IMG/VR virus record: IMGVR_UViG_3300030104_005063
Coordinates: 1-64,000 of that record
Strand: one strand, 5' to 3'
Length of the DNA stretch: 64,000 nucleotides
Source of the DNA: a virus
Shown: in pieces, positions 27,761 to 37,620 of the stretch
Layout of the letters: each line of letters begins with the position of its first letter
How positions within the stretch are numbered: the first letter of the stretch is position 1
The notes under the pieces: generated by a model
Database searches by the model: none
What the model was told of the DNA's origin: nothing
The model's input: only the letters and a program-made list of their open reading frames with translations
Position numbers and translations under genes: made by a program

Positions 27761-28264
27761 ATGAAAAAGTTATTATTTTTATTATTATTATTATTTGGAT
27801 GTGACGATAGGATTGAAGAACCAAATAAATCAAATATTATAGTTACAATGCTAAGAATACCTAGAATAGAAATATTAGATAATATATGGATTACACCAGC
27901 TCCAATATGGGGACATTTAGAATCAGAAGATAGTATACCCGTTGAAAGAATGATTGTACATTGGTGGAGTAATATGTATTGGGATGAAGATGATTCAAGT
28001 GGACATTACAGATTGTTATCTAATCGTAGAAACAAAGCAATATGGTATGATAAATTTGGTAACAGAGATACTATGGATGTAGATGTAGATACATTAAGAT
28101 GGACTACAGATAGATACTCTGAAGTAGATAGTTTAGGATATTTTTTTAATACACTAAGACCTACAAGAGTAATGCAAAATAAAGGTTCGGGTAGTTATAT
28201 GAAATTGTATTGGAGTATTGAAAATACACTAATAGATTCACAAGAAGTTTTTTTAATGGATTAA
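27761..28264 (+). CDS. Lipoprotein of unknown function
   Basis: MKKLLFLLLLLFG-C lipobox signal. Confidence 0.75.
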   Translation: MKKLLFLLLLLFGCDDRIEEPNKSNIIVTMLRIPRIEILDNIWITPAPIWGHLESEDSIPVERMIVHWWSNMYWDEDDSSGHYRLLSNRRNKAIWYDKFGNRDTMDVDVDTLRWTTDRYSEVDSLGYFFNTLRPTRVMQNKGSGSYMKLYWSIENTLIDSQEVFLMD

Positions 28265-28272
28265 AAAAACAC

Positions 28273-28302
28273 TTGACTTGTATATGGTTTTGTTGTTATA
28301 TT
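28273..28302 (+). promoter_or_regulatory. Sigma70-like promoter upstream of polB
   Basis: A-tract, TTGACT-N18-TATATT with an extended TG. Confidence 0.6.
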
Positions 28303-28334
28303 TACATATCGAAAATGGGGATTTTATAATCTAA

Positions 28335-30860
28335 ATGTATCAGAATATTTGGTGTGAAAAAAGAGGTGGTAATCAAGTAGAAGTTCATCTTTGGGATGAT
28401 GTTGCTGGTTATCAAAACTTTATATTTAAAAATTATGCTTATGTCCGAGATGGTGGTGGGCAATATCGTTCTATTTATGGGGATAAGTTGAAGAAAGTTA
28501 CATATTGGACAGAACAAGATTTTAAAACTGGTCGAGTCTTTGAATCAGATATTCCATTGGAAACTCGTATCTTATTAGATAGATATGAGGATTCAGATGA
28601 GCCGTCCAAAGACCACAGAGAATTATTTTTTGATATAGAGGTGGAAGTCACAGATGGTTTTCCTGAACCATCAAAAGCACAAAACAAGGTGACTTCGGTT
28701 GCCATGTATACCAAACACGATGGTAAATATCGTGTTTATGTTTTAGGAGAAGGACAAGATAATTTAAAAGACGAAGTTGATATTCGTTTTTATTCTACAG
28801 AGAATGAGTTACTCAAAGAGTTTTTAAGATATTGGATAGATGTGAAACCAACAGTTGTTACTGGTTGGAACACTAATGGTTTTGATATTCCTTACTTATA
28901 TAATCGTCTATCAAAAGTTTTAGGTGAAGAGTTTGCTAATGCTTTGTCACCGATACAAATTGTAAAATATAATCCAAACAAAAAGATGTATAGAATCGCT
29001 GGTGTTAGTTCTTTGGATTATATGGATTTATATAGAAAATTTACATACACACAACAATCAAGTTATCGTCTAGACCATATCGGAACAATAGAGGTAGGGT
29101 TAGGTAAGGTCGAGTATGAGGGAACATTAGATGACTTATATAGAGATGACATTGATAAGTTTATTGAATACAACCTAAACGATGTTGAGATAGTTAAGGC
29201 ACTTGACCAAAAGTTCAAACTCTTGGATTTGGCTCGTGCTGTATCTCACTTGGGTAGAATACCTTACGAAGAGGTATATTTTAGTTCTCGATATATTGAG
29301 GGTGCTATGTTGGTGTATCTTCGTAGTTTAGGTTTAGTTGCTCCAAGTAAAGGAGCTAATGTGACATATGATGGTTCAGAGGGTAGATTTAGTGGTGCTT
29401 ATGTTAAGTCACCGACACCAGGTCGTTATGATTGGGTATTTGATTTAGATTTAACATCTATGTATCCAAGTATCATTATGTCTTTGAATATGTCACCAGA
29501 AACTAAAATAGGTAAGATAAATGGTTGGGATGCGGAAGAATTTATTAGAGGGGAAGAAAAACACTATTCTGTAGAAAAGGATGGTAAAACTATTAGAACC
29601 TTTACGAGTGGACAACTCAAAGATTTTTTTAACAAAAATGAAATATCCATTTCATCAAATGGTGTATTGTATGACCTTACCCAAAAGGGTGTCATACCGG
29701 CAATACTTGAGAAATGGTTTAATGAAAGAGTAGAGTATAGAAAACTGGCAAAGAAGTATGGTGAAGAAGGGAATGACGAACTACATGGTTATTTTGATAG
29801 ACGACAATTGGTACAGAAGATTCTTCTAAATAGTCTGTATGGAGTTTTGGGTTTGACGGTGTTTCGATTTTATGATATTGACAATGCTGAAGGTACGACA
29901 ACGACAGGTCAAAAGCTGATTCAGTTTACAGAGAAGATTGCTAACAATTACTACAATAACATATTAGGAACGAAAGAGGATTATTGTATTTACACAGATA
30001 CAGACTCAGTTTTCTACTCTGCTCTTCCACTTGTTCAAAACAGACATCCAAATGCCGATGTCAAGGATGACAAGTTCATGACCGAACAGATTCTTGAGAT
30101 TGCTGGTGAGGTACAAGATTACATTAACAAATCTTACAATTACTTCAGTAGTAAGTTTCTAAACATCAGAGGTGACCATCGTTTTGAGATTAAACAAGAA
30201 ATGATTGCTAAGTCTGCTTTTTGGGTGACTAAGAAAAGATATGGTCAATGGATTATCAACGATGGTGGTTTGGAAGTAGAGAAACTTGATGTTAAAGGTT
30301 TGGATATTGTTCGTAGTTCATTCCCACCAGCATTTCGTGACTTCATGACTAAGGTTCTAAAAGCTATCCTTGCTAAAGTTCCAAAAGAAAAGATTGATGA
30401 GTTTATTTTGAACTTCAAGAACAATCTACAGAATGAAGAGTTAGATAAGATTGCTCTTCCAACAGGTGTCAAGGGATTGAATAAATACATTGATAAATCA
30501 AAGGGTGGTTTTCAAAGTAAAACTATGTTTACATCAATGAAGAAAGGTGCACCTGTTCACACAAAAGCCTCAGTTATCTATAATGACTTATTGAGACATT
30601 TTAAAGCTATGAATCACGAACCTATTTCAAATGGTAATAAAGTTCGTTGGGTATACCTAAAACAAAATCCCTTTAATATTGATGGGATTGCTTACAAAGG
30701 TTATGATGATCCTAAACAAATCATAGATTTCATTAATCAGTACATTGACCGAGATAAATTATTTGATAAAGCTCTTAATAAAAAGATAAAGATGTTTTAT
30801 GATGCGATGTCTTGGGATATGCCAGTAGAGAAGAAAAATACAATTGAAAAGTTTTTTTAA
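28335..30860 (+). CDS. Family-B DNA polymerase with 3'-5' exonuclease (gp43-like)
   Basis: Exonuclease motifs FFDIEV, GWN...FDIPY and YN..DV; polymerase motifs DLTSMYPS, KILLNSLYG, YTDTDS and KKRY. Confidence 0.96.
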   Translation: MYQNIWCEKRGGNQVEVHLWDDVAGYQNFIFKNYAYVRDGGGQYRSIYGDKLKKVTYWTEQDFKTGRVFESDIPLETRILLDRYEDSDEPSKDHRELFFDIEVEVTDGFPEPSKAQNKVTSVAMYTKHDGKYRVYVLGEGQDNLKDEVDIRFYSTENELLKEFLRYWIDVKPTVVTGWNTNGFDIPYLYNRLSKVLGEEFANALSPIQIVKYNPNKKMYRIAGVSSLDYMDLYRKFTYTQQSSYRLDHIGTIEVGLGKVEYEGTLDDLYRDDIDKFIEYNLNDVEIVKALDQKFKLLDLARAVSHLGRIPYEEVYFSSRYIEGAMLVYLRSLGLVAPSKGANVTYDGSEGRFSGAYVKSPTPGRYDWVFDLDLTSMYPSIIMSLNMSPETKIGKINGWDAEEFIRGEEKHYSVEKDGKTIRTFTSGQLKDFFNKNEISISSNGVLYDLTQKGVIPAILEKWFNERVEYRKLAKKYGEEGNDELHGYFDRRQLVQKILLNSLYGVLGLTVFRFYDIDNAEGTTTTGQKLIQFTEKIANNYYNNILGTKEDYCIYTDTDSVFYSALPLVQNRHPNADVKDDKFMTEQILEIAGEVQDYINKSYNYFSSKFLNIRGDHRFEIKQEMIAKSAFWVTKKRYGQWIINDGGLEVEKLDVKGLDIVRSSFPPAFRDFMTKVLKAILAKVPKEKIDEFILNFKNNLQNEELDKIALPTGVKGLNKYIDKSKGGFQSKTMFTSMKKGAPVHTKASVIYNDLLRHFKAMNHEPISNGNKVRWVYLKQNPFNIDGIAYKGYDDPKQIIDFINQYIDRDKLFDKALNKKIKMFYDAMSWDMPVEKKNTIEKFF

Positions 30861-30861
30861 C

Positions 30862-30890
30862 TTGACATTTAGTCAAATATTTAGTAAATT
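30862..30890 (+). promoter_or_regulatory. Sigma70-like promoter upstream of the clamp operon
   Basis: TTGACA-N17-TAAATT; the -35 is one arm of the inverted repeat TTGAC-N5-GTCAA. Confidence 0.65.
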
Positions 30891-30916
30891 AAATAATAAT
30901 ATGGAGAATAATAATA

Positions 30917-31639
30917 ATGAATAAAATCACATTAGATACCTTTATCCAAAAGTACAATCTTGGTGGTAGTATAAATTCAGTAAAGTGGGAGTCAAATGGT
31001 GACACACTTTCTACTCGTTTTATATCACCAGATAAAAGTCTTTTGGGTGAGTTATCACTTAGTAAACAATCACTTCCTAACTTTGAGGTAGGTGTTTATG
31101 ACACACCACTTCTATCTAAGATGTTAGGTACTCTTGCTGATAAGATTGATTTCAATGTAATAAAATCACCATCAGATGAAGAACAACCTGTAGCATTCGG
31201 ATTTTCAGATGGTAAGATATCTGTTAGTTATGTTCTTGCTGCTCTTGGTGTTATTCCTGATGTGCCAGAACTAAAGAATGTACCTGAGTTTGATACTCTT
31301 ATCAATATTGATACTCAGTTCATCAACTCTTTTATTCGTGGTAAAGGTGCTCTTGCAGATGTTGAACATTTTTCTATTCAACCAGTAAATGGTGGTGTGG
31401 AGTTCGTCATTGGTTTTAGTGATATTAATTCCAATCGTATTAGTATTAAAGTTCAAAGTGGTGCAGTAAAACTAACTGAACCAATCGTCTTTAATGCCAA
31501 CTTATTCAAGGAAGTTCTAAATGCGAACAAAGAATGTTCTAAGGCAGTTCTTCAAGTAAGTTCTGGTGGTCTTGCTCACATCGAGTTTAAGATAGACGAC
31601 TTCAATGTTAAATATTACTTAGTATCACAGCAGGTATAA
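30917..31639 (+). CDS. Sliding clamp (gp45/PCNA-like)
   Basis: 240 aa between polB and clamp loader; EVGVYD..LL and VSSGGLAHIEF.......YYL patterns. Confidence 0.75.
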   Translation: MNKITLDTFIQKYNLGGSINSVKWESNGDTLSTRFISPDKSLLGELSLSKQSLPNFEVGVYDTPLLSKMLGTLADKIDFNVIKSPSDEEQPVAFGFSDGKISVSYVLAALGVIPDVPELKNVPEFDTLINIDTQFINSFIRGKGALADVEHFSIQPVNGGVEFVIGFSDINSNRISIKVQSGAVKLTEPIVFNANLFKEVLNANKECSKAVLQVSSGGLAHIEFKIDDFNVKYYLVSQQV

Positions 31640-31640
31640 T

Positions 31641-32552
31641 ATGAGTTCACATGGATTATGGGTGGAGCGTTATCGTCCATCGACATTAGACACTTATGTT
31701 GGTAATGAAACTCTCAAAACAAAGGTCGAGAGGTTCATAGAGGAGCAAAATGTTCCACACCTATTATTATATGGTAGAGCCGGTGGGGGTAAAACAACCC
31801 TTGCCAAGATTATCGTAAATGCTATCGAATGTGACTATCTCTATATTAATGCTTCGGATGAACGAAACATAGACTTGGTTAGGGACAAACTTAAGAACTT
31901 TGCTTCTTCTGTTGGTTTTAAACCAAACAAAATCGTAATCTTGGATGAGGCTGATTATCTTAATGTTAATTCAGCCCAACCGGCTCTTCGTAATCTTATG
32001 GAGACTTTCTCTGCTCATTGTAGATTTATCTTGACTTGTAACTATGTTGAAAAGATAATCGATCCGATTCAGAGTAGATGTCAGACCTATAAGATTATTC
32101 CACCATCAAAGAAAGATGTGGCAGTTCACGCTAAGTATATCTTGGAAGAAGAGAATATCTCTTTTGATTTAGATGACTTGGCTCTCGTGGTAACTGCTGG
32201 TTATCCTGACTTGAGAAAGGTTATCAATGACTTACAGAGACAGGCGATTGATGGTCAGTTAAAGATAGATAAAGATGGAATGTTACATAACGAGTTCAAA
32301 CTTCAGTTCTTGGATATGATAAAACAAGGTGTTGATTTGAGAACCATTCGTAAGTTTGTAGCTGATAGTAACTTTACAGATTACACAGAGCTGTATCGTT
32401 TTCTATATGATGAGGTAGAGAATATTTCTGTGGAGAAACTACCAGAGATTATCATTGATATATCAAATGGTTCTTATCAAGATGTGTTGGTCGTGGATAA
32501 AGAGATAAATTTTATGGCTACCATCTCTAACATACTTAGGAGATTACAATGA
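31641..32552 (+). CDS. Clamp loader AAA+ subunit (gp44/RFC-like)
   Basis: LWVERYRP, GRAGGGKTT, INASDER, ILDEAD, QPALR and SRC motifs. Confidence 0.95.
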   Translation: MSSHGLWVERYRPSTLDTYVGNETLKTKVERFIEEQNVPHLLLYGRAGGGKTTLAKIIVNAIECDYLYINASDERNIDLVRDKLKNFASSVGFKPNKIVILDEADYLNVNSAQPALRNLMETFSAHCRFILTCNYVEKIIDPIQSRCQTYKIIPPSKKDVAVHAKYILEEENISFDLDDLALVVTAGYPDLRKVINDLQRQAIDGQLKIDKDGMLHNEFKLQFLDMIKQGVDLRTIRKFVADSNFTDYTELYRFLYDEVENISVEKLPEIIIDISNGSYQDVLVVDKEINFMATISNILRRLQ

Positions 32553-32788
32553 ACATGAAACCACAAAAACCATTACCACAACAACAAGTTCAAATAGACT
32601 TGAGTGATGCAGATACAATGAAATGTCAGAAGTGTGAAAATAGTATTTTCATACAAGGATATGTTATAAAGAAAATATCTGCTATCGTATCGCCTACAGG
32701 TAAAGAAGTTATCGCTCCAATTCAAGTTTTCAATTGTGGAAATTGTGGAGAGATGTTACCACTACAGGAATTAGATGAACTTATTTAA
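32549..32788 (+). CDS. Small Zn-ribbon protein
   Basis: CQKC...CGNCG. Confidence 0.7.
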   Translation: MNMKPQKPLPQQQVQIDLSDADTMKCQKCENSIFIQGYVIKKISAIVSPTGKEVIAPIQVFNCGNCGEMLPLQELDELI

Positions 32789-33194
32789 GTGGATAGATGA
32801 ACTATTCACTAAGAAAAGACCTTGGGATAGTTTTTCAGAAGAAGAACAAAAGAAGTTTAGTCCGTTTATGGTAAATCGTTATTTAAGTATGAATAATGAT
32901 TTCTTACCTATTGTTAATCACTTTCAGAAGTTGACCATTGAGGTAATGCCACATTCTGCTGTCTATAAATTCTATTGTTCCTTACTCCCAAACAAGAAAA
33001 CTTTTTTAAGGTATCTTAGTGGTAAAAAAACAAAGGTCAACGAAAAAGTTGTTCCTTTTATTCAAGAATACTTCGAGGTTAGTAAGATACAAGCTGGTGA
33101 ATATTATCAGTTGATGAATAAAGACGAATTGAAGTCTTTACTAACCAAGTATGGTAAAACAGAAAAGGAAATAAAAAAGATGGGTGTTAAATGA
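32775..33194 (+). CDS. Clamp loader small subunit (gp62-like)
   Basis: FSPFMVNRYLSM pattern; position after the gp44-like gene. Confidence 0.6.
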   Translation: MNLFKWIDELFTKKRPWDSFSEEEQKKFSPFMVNRYLSMNNDFLPIVNHFQKLTIEVMPHSAVYKFYCSLLPNKKTFLRYLSGKKTKVNEKVVPFIQEYFEVSKIQAGEYYQLMNKDELKSLLTKYGKTEKEIKKMGVK

Positions 33195-33535
33195 ATAAGT
33201 TACTCATGGCTATGTCTATATCATTAGTAGGGCATGTTATTGCATGGTTTCATATGCAAGGTCAATTCAAATATGAATGGGCAAAAAGTTTATGGTGGAT
33301 AGTTCTTGGTGGGATACCTATAAGTTTTTGTTTTTTCTATGGAACAAAGTGGTATTATGATTATTTCCAAAATTATTGGTATGTTAGACCAATAGGATTT
33401 GGTATGGCAACGCTAACTATGGGTGTTTTAACTTGGTTGGTTTTGAATGAAGTGCCAGATACAAGAACTATCATATCGTTAGTTTTATCAGTTGTTATTA
33501 TAGCAATACAGTTATCACATTTAATTATAAAATAG
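33191..33535 (+). CDS. Small four-helix membrane protein (DMT/SMR-like)
   Basis: About four hydrophobic segments in 114 aa; W.VLNE motif before the last helix. Confidence 0.6.
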   Translation: MNKLLMAMSISLVGHVIAWFHMQGQFKYEWAKSLWWIVLGGIPISFCFFYGTKWYYDYFQNYWYVRPIGFGMATLTMGVLTWLVLNEVPDTRTIISLVLSVVIIAIQLSHLIIK

Positions 33536-33542
33536 AGGTTAT

Positions 33543-33920
33543 ATGAAAATAAAAGAAAGAGAACTTAATAAGTCAAGTGACACTCATCCAGTTGTAGAAC
33601 AAATGGAAAAAGAATGGCCACAGATGACTAGAGAGTTTAAGAGATTACAGAGAGAACAATATGAATTGTTTTGTAGAAAACAACATGATTATGGTCCTGG
33701 TAATATTTCAGTTGGAACTATGTTACAGACCGATGATGAAGTTCACTTATCACTTACAGGTTTGTGGTTTAGAATGAATGATAAAATTCAGAGGTTAAAG
33801 ACTTTGATTATGACCGGCAGAGAATCTGCTGTAGACGAACCATTAGAGGATGCTTATTTAGATGTATCTAACTATGGTATTATGGCAACAATCGTTAAAA
33901 ATGGTAAATGGGGTAAATAA
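33543..33920 (+). CDS. Nucleotide-modification-associated domain protein (DUF1599/Nmad1-like)
   Basis: KQHDYG..N...RMNDKIQRL...EDAYLDVSNYGI. Confidence 0.7.
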   Translation: MKIKERELNKSSDTHPVVEQMEKEWPQMTREFKRLQREQYELFCRKQHDYGPGNISVGTMLQTDDEVHLSLTGLWFRMNDKIQRLKTLIMTGRESAVDEPLEDAYLDVSNYGIMATIVKNGKWGK

Positions 33921-34519
33921 TGGAAAGACATTGGGGTGAGAAACAAAAACCAACGCCAAGAAAAGCTGGTGCTGAGGCTACTGAAAAACACATTTCAGTA
34001 CAAGATAACAAGATATATTTTTACTCTGGTGTGAGTAGAAACGCTTGTAGTGAATTAAACAAAAAAATAAGTGAGTTAGAATCTAAGGCTATAACTTTGT
34101 CCAATAGTCTCTCCATTGAACCACCACCTATTAAACTTTTCATTAATTCTGGCGGTGGAACTATCGTGAGTGGTATCGCTTCTATGGATACCATTATTAG
34201 AAGTCAAGTGCCTGTTTGGACTTATGTTGATGGTTTTTCCGCTAGTGCAGCTACATTTATGACAGTTGTTGGTAATCGTAGATTTATGAGTAGAAATTCT
34301 TACATGTTAGTTCATCAACTGTCCACCACATTTTGGGGAACATACTCTAATTTTGAAGATGAAAAACAAAATTTAGATTTGATGATGAAGAACATAAAAA
34401 ATATCTACAAGCAATATACTAAGATTCCTATGAAGAAACTTAACGAAATACTAAAACACGACTTGATGTGGGATGCTAAAACTTGTTTGGAATATGGAAT
34501 GATTGACGAGATTATATAA
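33920..34519 (+). CDS. ClpP-like serine protease
   Basis: LFINSGGG, SASAA (catalytic Ser), LVHQ (His) and D..WDA..CLEYGMIDEII. Confidence 0.85.
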   Translation: MERHWGEKQKPTPRKAGAEATEKHISVQDNKIYFYSGVSRNACSELNKKISELESKAITLSNSLSIEPPPIKLFINSGGGTIVSGIASMDTIIRSQVPVWTYVDGFSASAATFMTVVGNRRFMSRNSYMLVHQLSTTFWGTYSNFEDEKQNLDLMMKNIKNIYKQYTKIPMKKLNEILKHDLMWDAKTCLEYGMIDEII

Positions 34520-35382
34520 TGGCTCATGTCTCACATAGTCAATTTACCACTTATAACGATTGTAACCTTAAATGGAAACTTCGTTATATAGATAAGTTAG
34601 GTACTTTTGTTGGTAACATACATACTCTTTTTGGGACAGCGATGCACACCGTAATACAAGAGTATCTATCGGTGATGTATAATAAATCTATTGTTGCTGC
34701 TGATAAACTTAATATGGAGTCTCGACTAAAAGAAGAGATGGTTACTGAGTTTACCAAGATAAAAGAAAGTCAGAATGTTTTACCTTGCACCCAAGATGAG
34801 ATGATGGAGTTCTATCAAGATGGTATTGCCATCTTACAACATTTCAGAAAGTATCGTAATAAATACTTCATGAAACAGAATTGGGAGTTAGTTGGTATAG
34901 AAGTTCCAATCGTGAAAGGCGTGCAAGAAGGTGTTGATGTAATGGGATACTTAGATGTTGTTTTAAGAAATAAAATATCTGGTAGAGTGGTCATTATCGA
35001 CCTTAAAACTGCTACTCGTGGTTGGACAGATTTTCAGAAGAAGGACTTTAATAAAAAGTCTCAGTTGTTAATTTACAAAAAGTTTTACTCTGAATTGTTT
35101 GATGTATCGTTAGACAAGATTGATGTTTACTTTTTAATACTGAAAAGAAAGATAGCAAAAAATCCTGACTTTCCTATAACAAGACTACAGAAGTTTGAAC
35201 CGGCAAACGGAGTTCCAAGTATCAATAAGGTTATGACTAAGTTTGATGAGTTTAGAAAAGGTGTCTTTGATGATAAGGGTAAATATCTATTAGAAAGAAC
35301 TTACGCTGCGAAACCAGGTAAGGCATGTAAATTTTGTGAATTTTATGATACGGAGCATTGTGAATGGGGGAAAATCCTTTAA
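34519..35382 (+). CDS. PD-(D/E)XK nuclease (RecB/Cas4-like)
   Basis: SHSQ...Y..C, FGTAMH, GYLDVV...IIDLKT, QLLIY and C-terminal CKFC......C motifs. Confidence 0.85.
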   Translation: MAHVSHSQFTTYNDCNLKWKLRYIDKLGTFVGNIHTLFGTAMHTVIQEYLSVMYNKSIVAADKLNMESRLKEEMVTEFTKIKESQNVLPCTQDEMMEFYQDGIAILQHFRKYRNKYFMKQNWELVGIEVPIVKGVQEGVDVMGYLDVVLRNKISGRVVIIDLKTATRGWTDFQKKDFNKKSQLLIYKKFYSELFDVSLDKIDVYFLILKRKIAKNPDFPITRLQKFEPANGVPSINKVMTKFDEFRKGVFDDKGKYLLERTYAAKPGKACKFCEFYDTEHCEWGKIL

Positions 35383-35780
35383 AGGTAGGAATTGTCGGTA
35401 GTCGTGAATACGAAAACCGAAAGAAGATAAAAGAATTTATTTTTAAATTAAAAAAGGAAAAAGGCGCTGACACTATCATCGTAAGTGGTGGTTGTCCGAA
35501 AGGAGCTGATTTTTATGCTAAAAAATATGCTCTTGAATTGGGATTACAATATGAAGAGTATCCACCAGCACATCAGGCACATAATTTATACTGTCCTTTA
35601 CATGAAAGAAATTATGGTAAACCATATAGTGTGAAAAACTTTTTTGCTCGTAATAAACAGATTGCTATTCATTCAGAGTATGTTGTGGCATTTATTCCAA
35701 GAGGAGTTGAATCACCAGGTTCTGTATCAACCATAAATTATGCTAAAAAATTTGGAAAAAAAACACTCGTTATTAATTAA
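35364..35780 (+). CDS. SLOG/YspA-like (DUF2493) protein
   Basis: VGIVGSR, IVSGGCPKGAD, RNKQIA and SPGS..TI.YA motifs. Confidence 0.75.
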   Translation: MGENPLKVGIVGSREYENRKKIKEFIFKLKKEKGADTIIVSGGCPKGADFYAKKYALELGLQYEEYPPAHQAHNLYCPLHERNYGKPYSVKNFFARNKQIAIHSEYVVAFIPRGVESPGSVSTINYAKKFGKKTLVIN

Positions 35781-35785
35781 ATCGT

Positions 35786-35793
35786 ATATTTAT
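35786..35793 (+). promoter_or_regulatory. ATATTTAT motif heading the glycan island
   Basis: Recurrent intergenic octamer. Confidence 0.55.
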
Positions 35794-35826
35794 ATATATA
35801 GTTATTAACTTAACAAGGAATTGGTT

Positions 35827-36024
35827 ATGAAGCATGAGACAAAATTAACATCTGTTAAAATTTTAAGAAGTTTATATGAACGATTTAAATTTAAAACAGT
35901 TAATTCTTCTATGAACTTACAAAAATTGGTTAATCGTTCTATTGATCAATACATACATGATAATGTAATACAAGAACAAATGGAAACTTATGACCGACTA
36001 CATATAAGTGGGAGTCAGTTTTGA
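35827..36024 (+). CDS. Small ribbon-helix-helix-like protein
   Basis: KLTSVKI strand followed by two helices (LYERFK...LQKLVNRSIDQY). Confidence 0.5.
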   Translation: MKHETKLTSVKILRSLYERFKFKTVNSSMNLQKLVNRSIDQYIHDNVIQEQMETYDRLHISGSQF

Positions 36025-36266
36025 TGAGAGAAGAATTAATTAAAGCTAGTAAAATGCATTTTGAAGCACATATAGAAAAACATCGTGTAAATGTAGAAAA
36101 CATTTTACATAATTCAGTTGGTGTAGCTGAACACTCGGATATAATTGACACTATAGAAAAAGAGTTAGAAGTTATTGCCGAGTACGATGATAAACTTAAT
36201 GTTTTAAAAAAATATTTTCCTAATGATTATCAAGGAGACGATGTGAGGAAGTTAATAAATGGCTAA
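36021..36266 (+). CDS. Hypothetical helical protein
   Basis: VGVAEHSDI...IEKEL motif; coupled to neighbours. Confidence 0.7.
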   Translation: MMREELIKASKMHFEAHIEKHRVNVENILHNSVGVAEHSDIIDTIEKELEVIAEYDDKLNVLKKYFPNDYQGDDVRKLING

Positions 36267-37620
36267 GAAAAAAATATTATTAATGTCAGATGATTTAAGA
36301 ATGCATAGTGGAGTGGCTACCGTATCTAAAGATATTGTATTTGAGACATTGAATGAATATGATTGGGTACAAATCGGTGGTGCTATAAAACATCCTGAGG
36401 TCGGTAAAATTATTGATATGTCTCAAGGTCTTAATGAATTTGGTATCAAAGATGGTTATTTAAAAATATATCCTGTAGATGGATATGGTAATGAGGATAT
36501 ACTTAGAGAGGTAATGGAAATAGAAAAACCAGATGCTATACTTCACTATACAGATCCTCGTTTTTGGATTTGGTTTTATAATATGGAGTCTGAAATTCGT
36601 AGAGAGATTCCAATATTTTACTATAACATTTGGGATGACTTACCAGATCCACAATACAATACTAACTACTATAAAAGTTGTGATTTGTTGATGGGTATAT
36701 CAAAACAAACTTATGGTATTAATAAAAGACTTCTACCAGAATATGAAGATTGGCAAGTAACTTATGTTCCACATGGAATATCTGAAAGAAGATTTAATAA
36801 AGTTGAAGATGATAATACCTCGCTATTAGATTTTGAAGCTAAACACAACATAGGTGATAAGAAGTTTAAGATACTTTACAGTAATAGGAACATTAGAAGA
36901 AAACAACCTAATGATTTAATTTTAGCGTACAAGTATTTTATGGATGAACTAACACCAGAACAAAGAAAAGAATGTGTGTTGATTTTTCATTGTAATCCAA
37001 CCGATGAAAATGGAACAGATTTACCAAGAGTTCACAAACATTTAATTCCTGAATATGATATTTGTTTTACATACGATACAGATGGTAGACCTTTCAATGA
37101 CCAAGAAATGAATCTATTATTCAATTCAGCTGATGTTTATGTCAATATGGCTTCCAATGAAGGATTTGGATTGGGTAGTGCTGAAGCACTTACAGTAGGC
37201 ACACCAATAATTGTAAATGTTACAGGTGGTCTGCAAGACCAATGTGGATTTAGAAATGATGGTGGTGATTTTTTAATACCTGAAGATTATGTCGAATTAG
37301 GAACTAATCATAGAGGTCGATATAAAACTCATGGTGATTGGGTAAAACCTGTTTATCCAACTTCAATATCATTACAAGGTTCTCCAATGACACCTTACAT
37401 ATGGGATGACAGATGTCAGCCAGAAGATGTTGCTAAAAATTTAAGAGAATTTTATGATATGGGTAGAGAAGAAAGAAAAAGACTTGGTTTACTAGGAACA
37501 GAGTTCTGTAAAGAAAATCAAATGACATCAAAAGCTATGGGACAAAATTTTATTGATTCTATGAATGGTGCTTTTGAAAATTGGAAACCACAACCTAAAT
37601 ATCATATGGAGGCAGTATGA
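36259..37620 (+). CDS. GT4-like (GT-B) glycosyltransferase
   Basis: SGVA, VPHGI, RNIRRK and SNEGFGLGSAEAL..GTPII motifs. Confidence 0.88.
   Translation: MAKKKILLMSDDLRMHSGVATVSKDIVFETLNEYDWVQIGGAIKHPEVGKIIDMSQGLNEFGIKDGYLKIYPVDGYGNEDILREVMEIEKPDAILHYTDPRFWIWFYNMESEIRREIPIFYYNIWDDLPDPQYNTNYYKSCDLLMGISKQTYGINKRLLPEYEDWQVTYVPHGISERRFNKVEDDNTSLLDFEAKHNIGDKKFKILYSNRNIRRKQPNDLILAYKYFMDELTPEQRKECVLIFHCNPTDENGTDLPRVHKHLIPEYDICFTYDTDGRPFNDQEMNLLFNSADVYVNMASNEGFGLGSAEALTVGTPIIVNVTGGLQDQCGFRNDGGDFLIPEDYVELGTNHRGRYKTHGDWVKPVYPTSISLQGSPMTPYIWDDRCQPEDVAKNLREFYDMGREERKRLGLLGTEFCKENQMTSKAMGQNFIDSMNGAFENWKPQPKYHMEAV

Noticed and set aside
27770-27796. TTA tandem repeat as a phase-variable microsatellite
   Set aside because: It is an in-frame triplet run encoding the poly-Leu core of a lipoprotein signal.
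34519-35382. CRISPR-Cas locus around the Cas4-like nuclease
   Set aside because: No repeat-spacer array or other cas genes seen; solo PD-(D/E)XK nucleases are common in phages.
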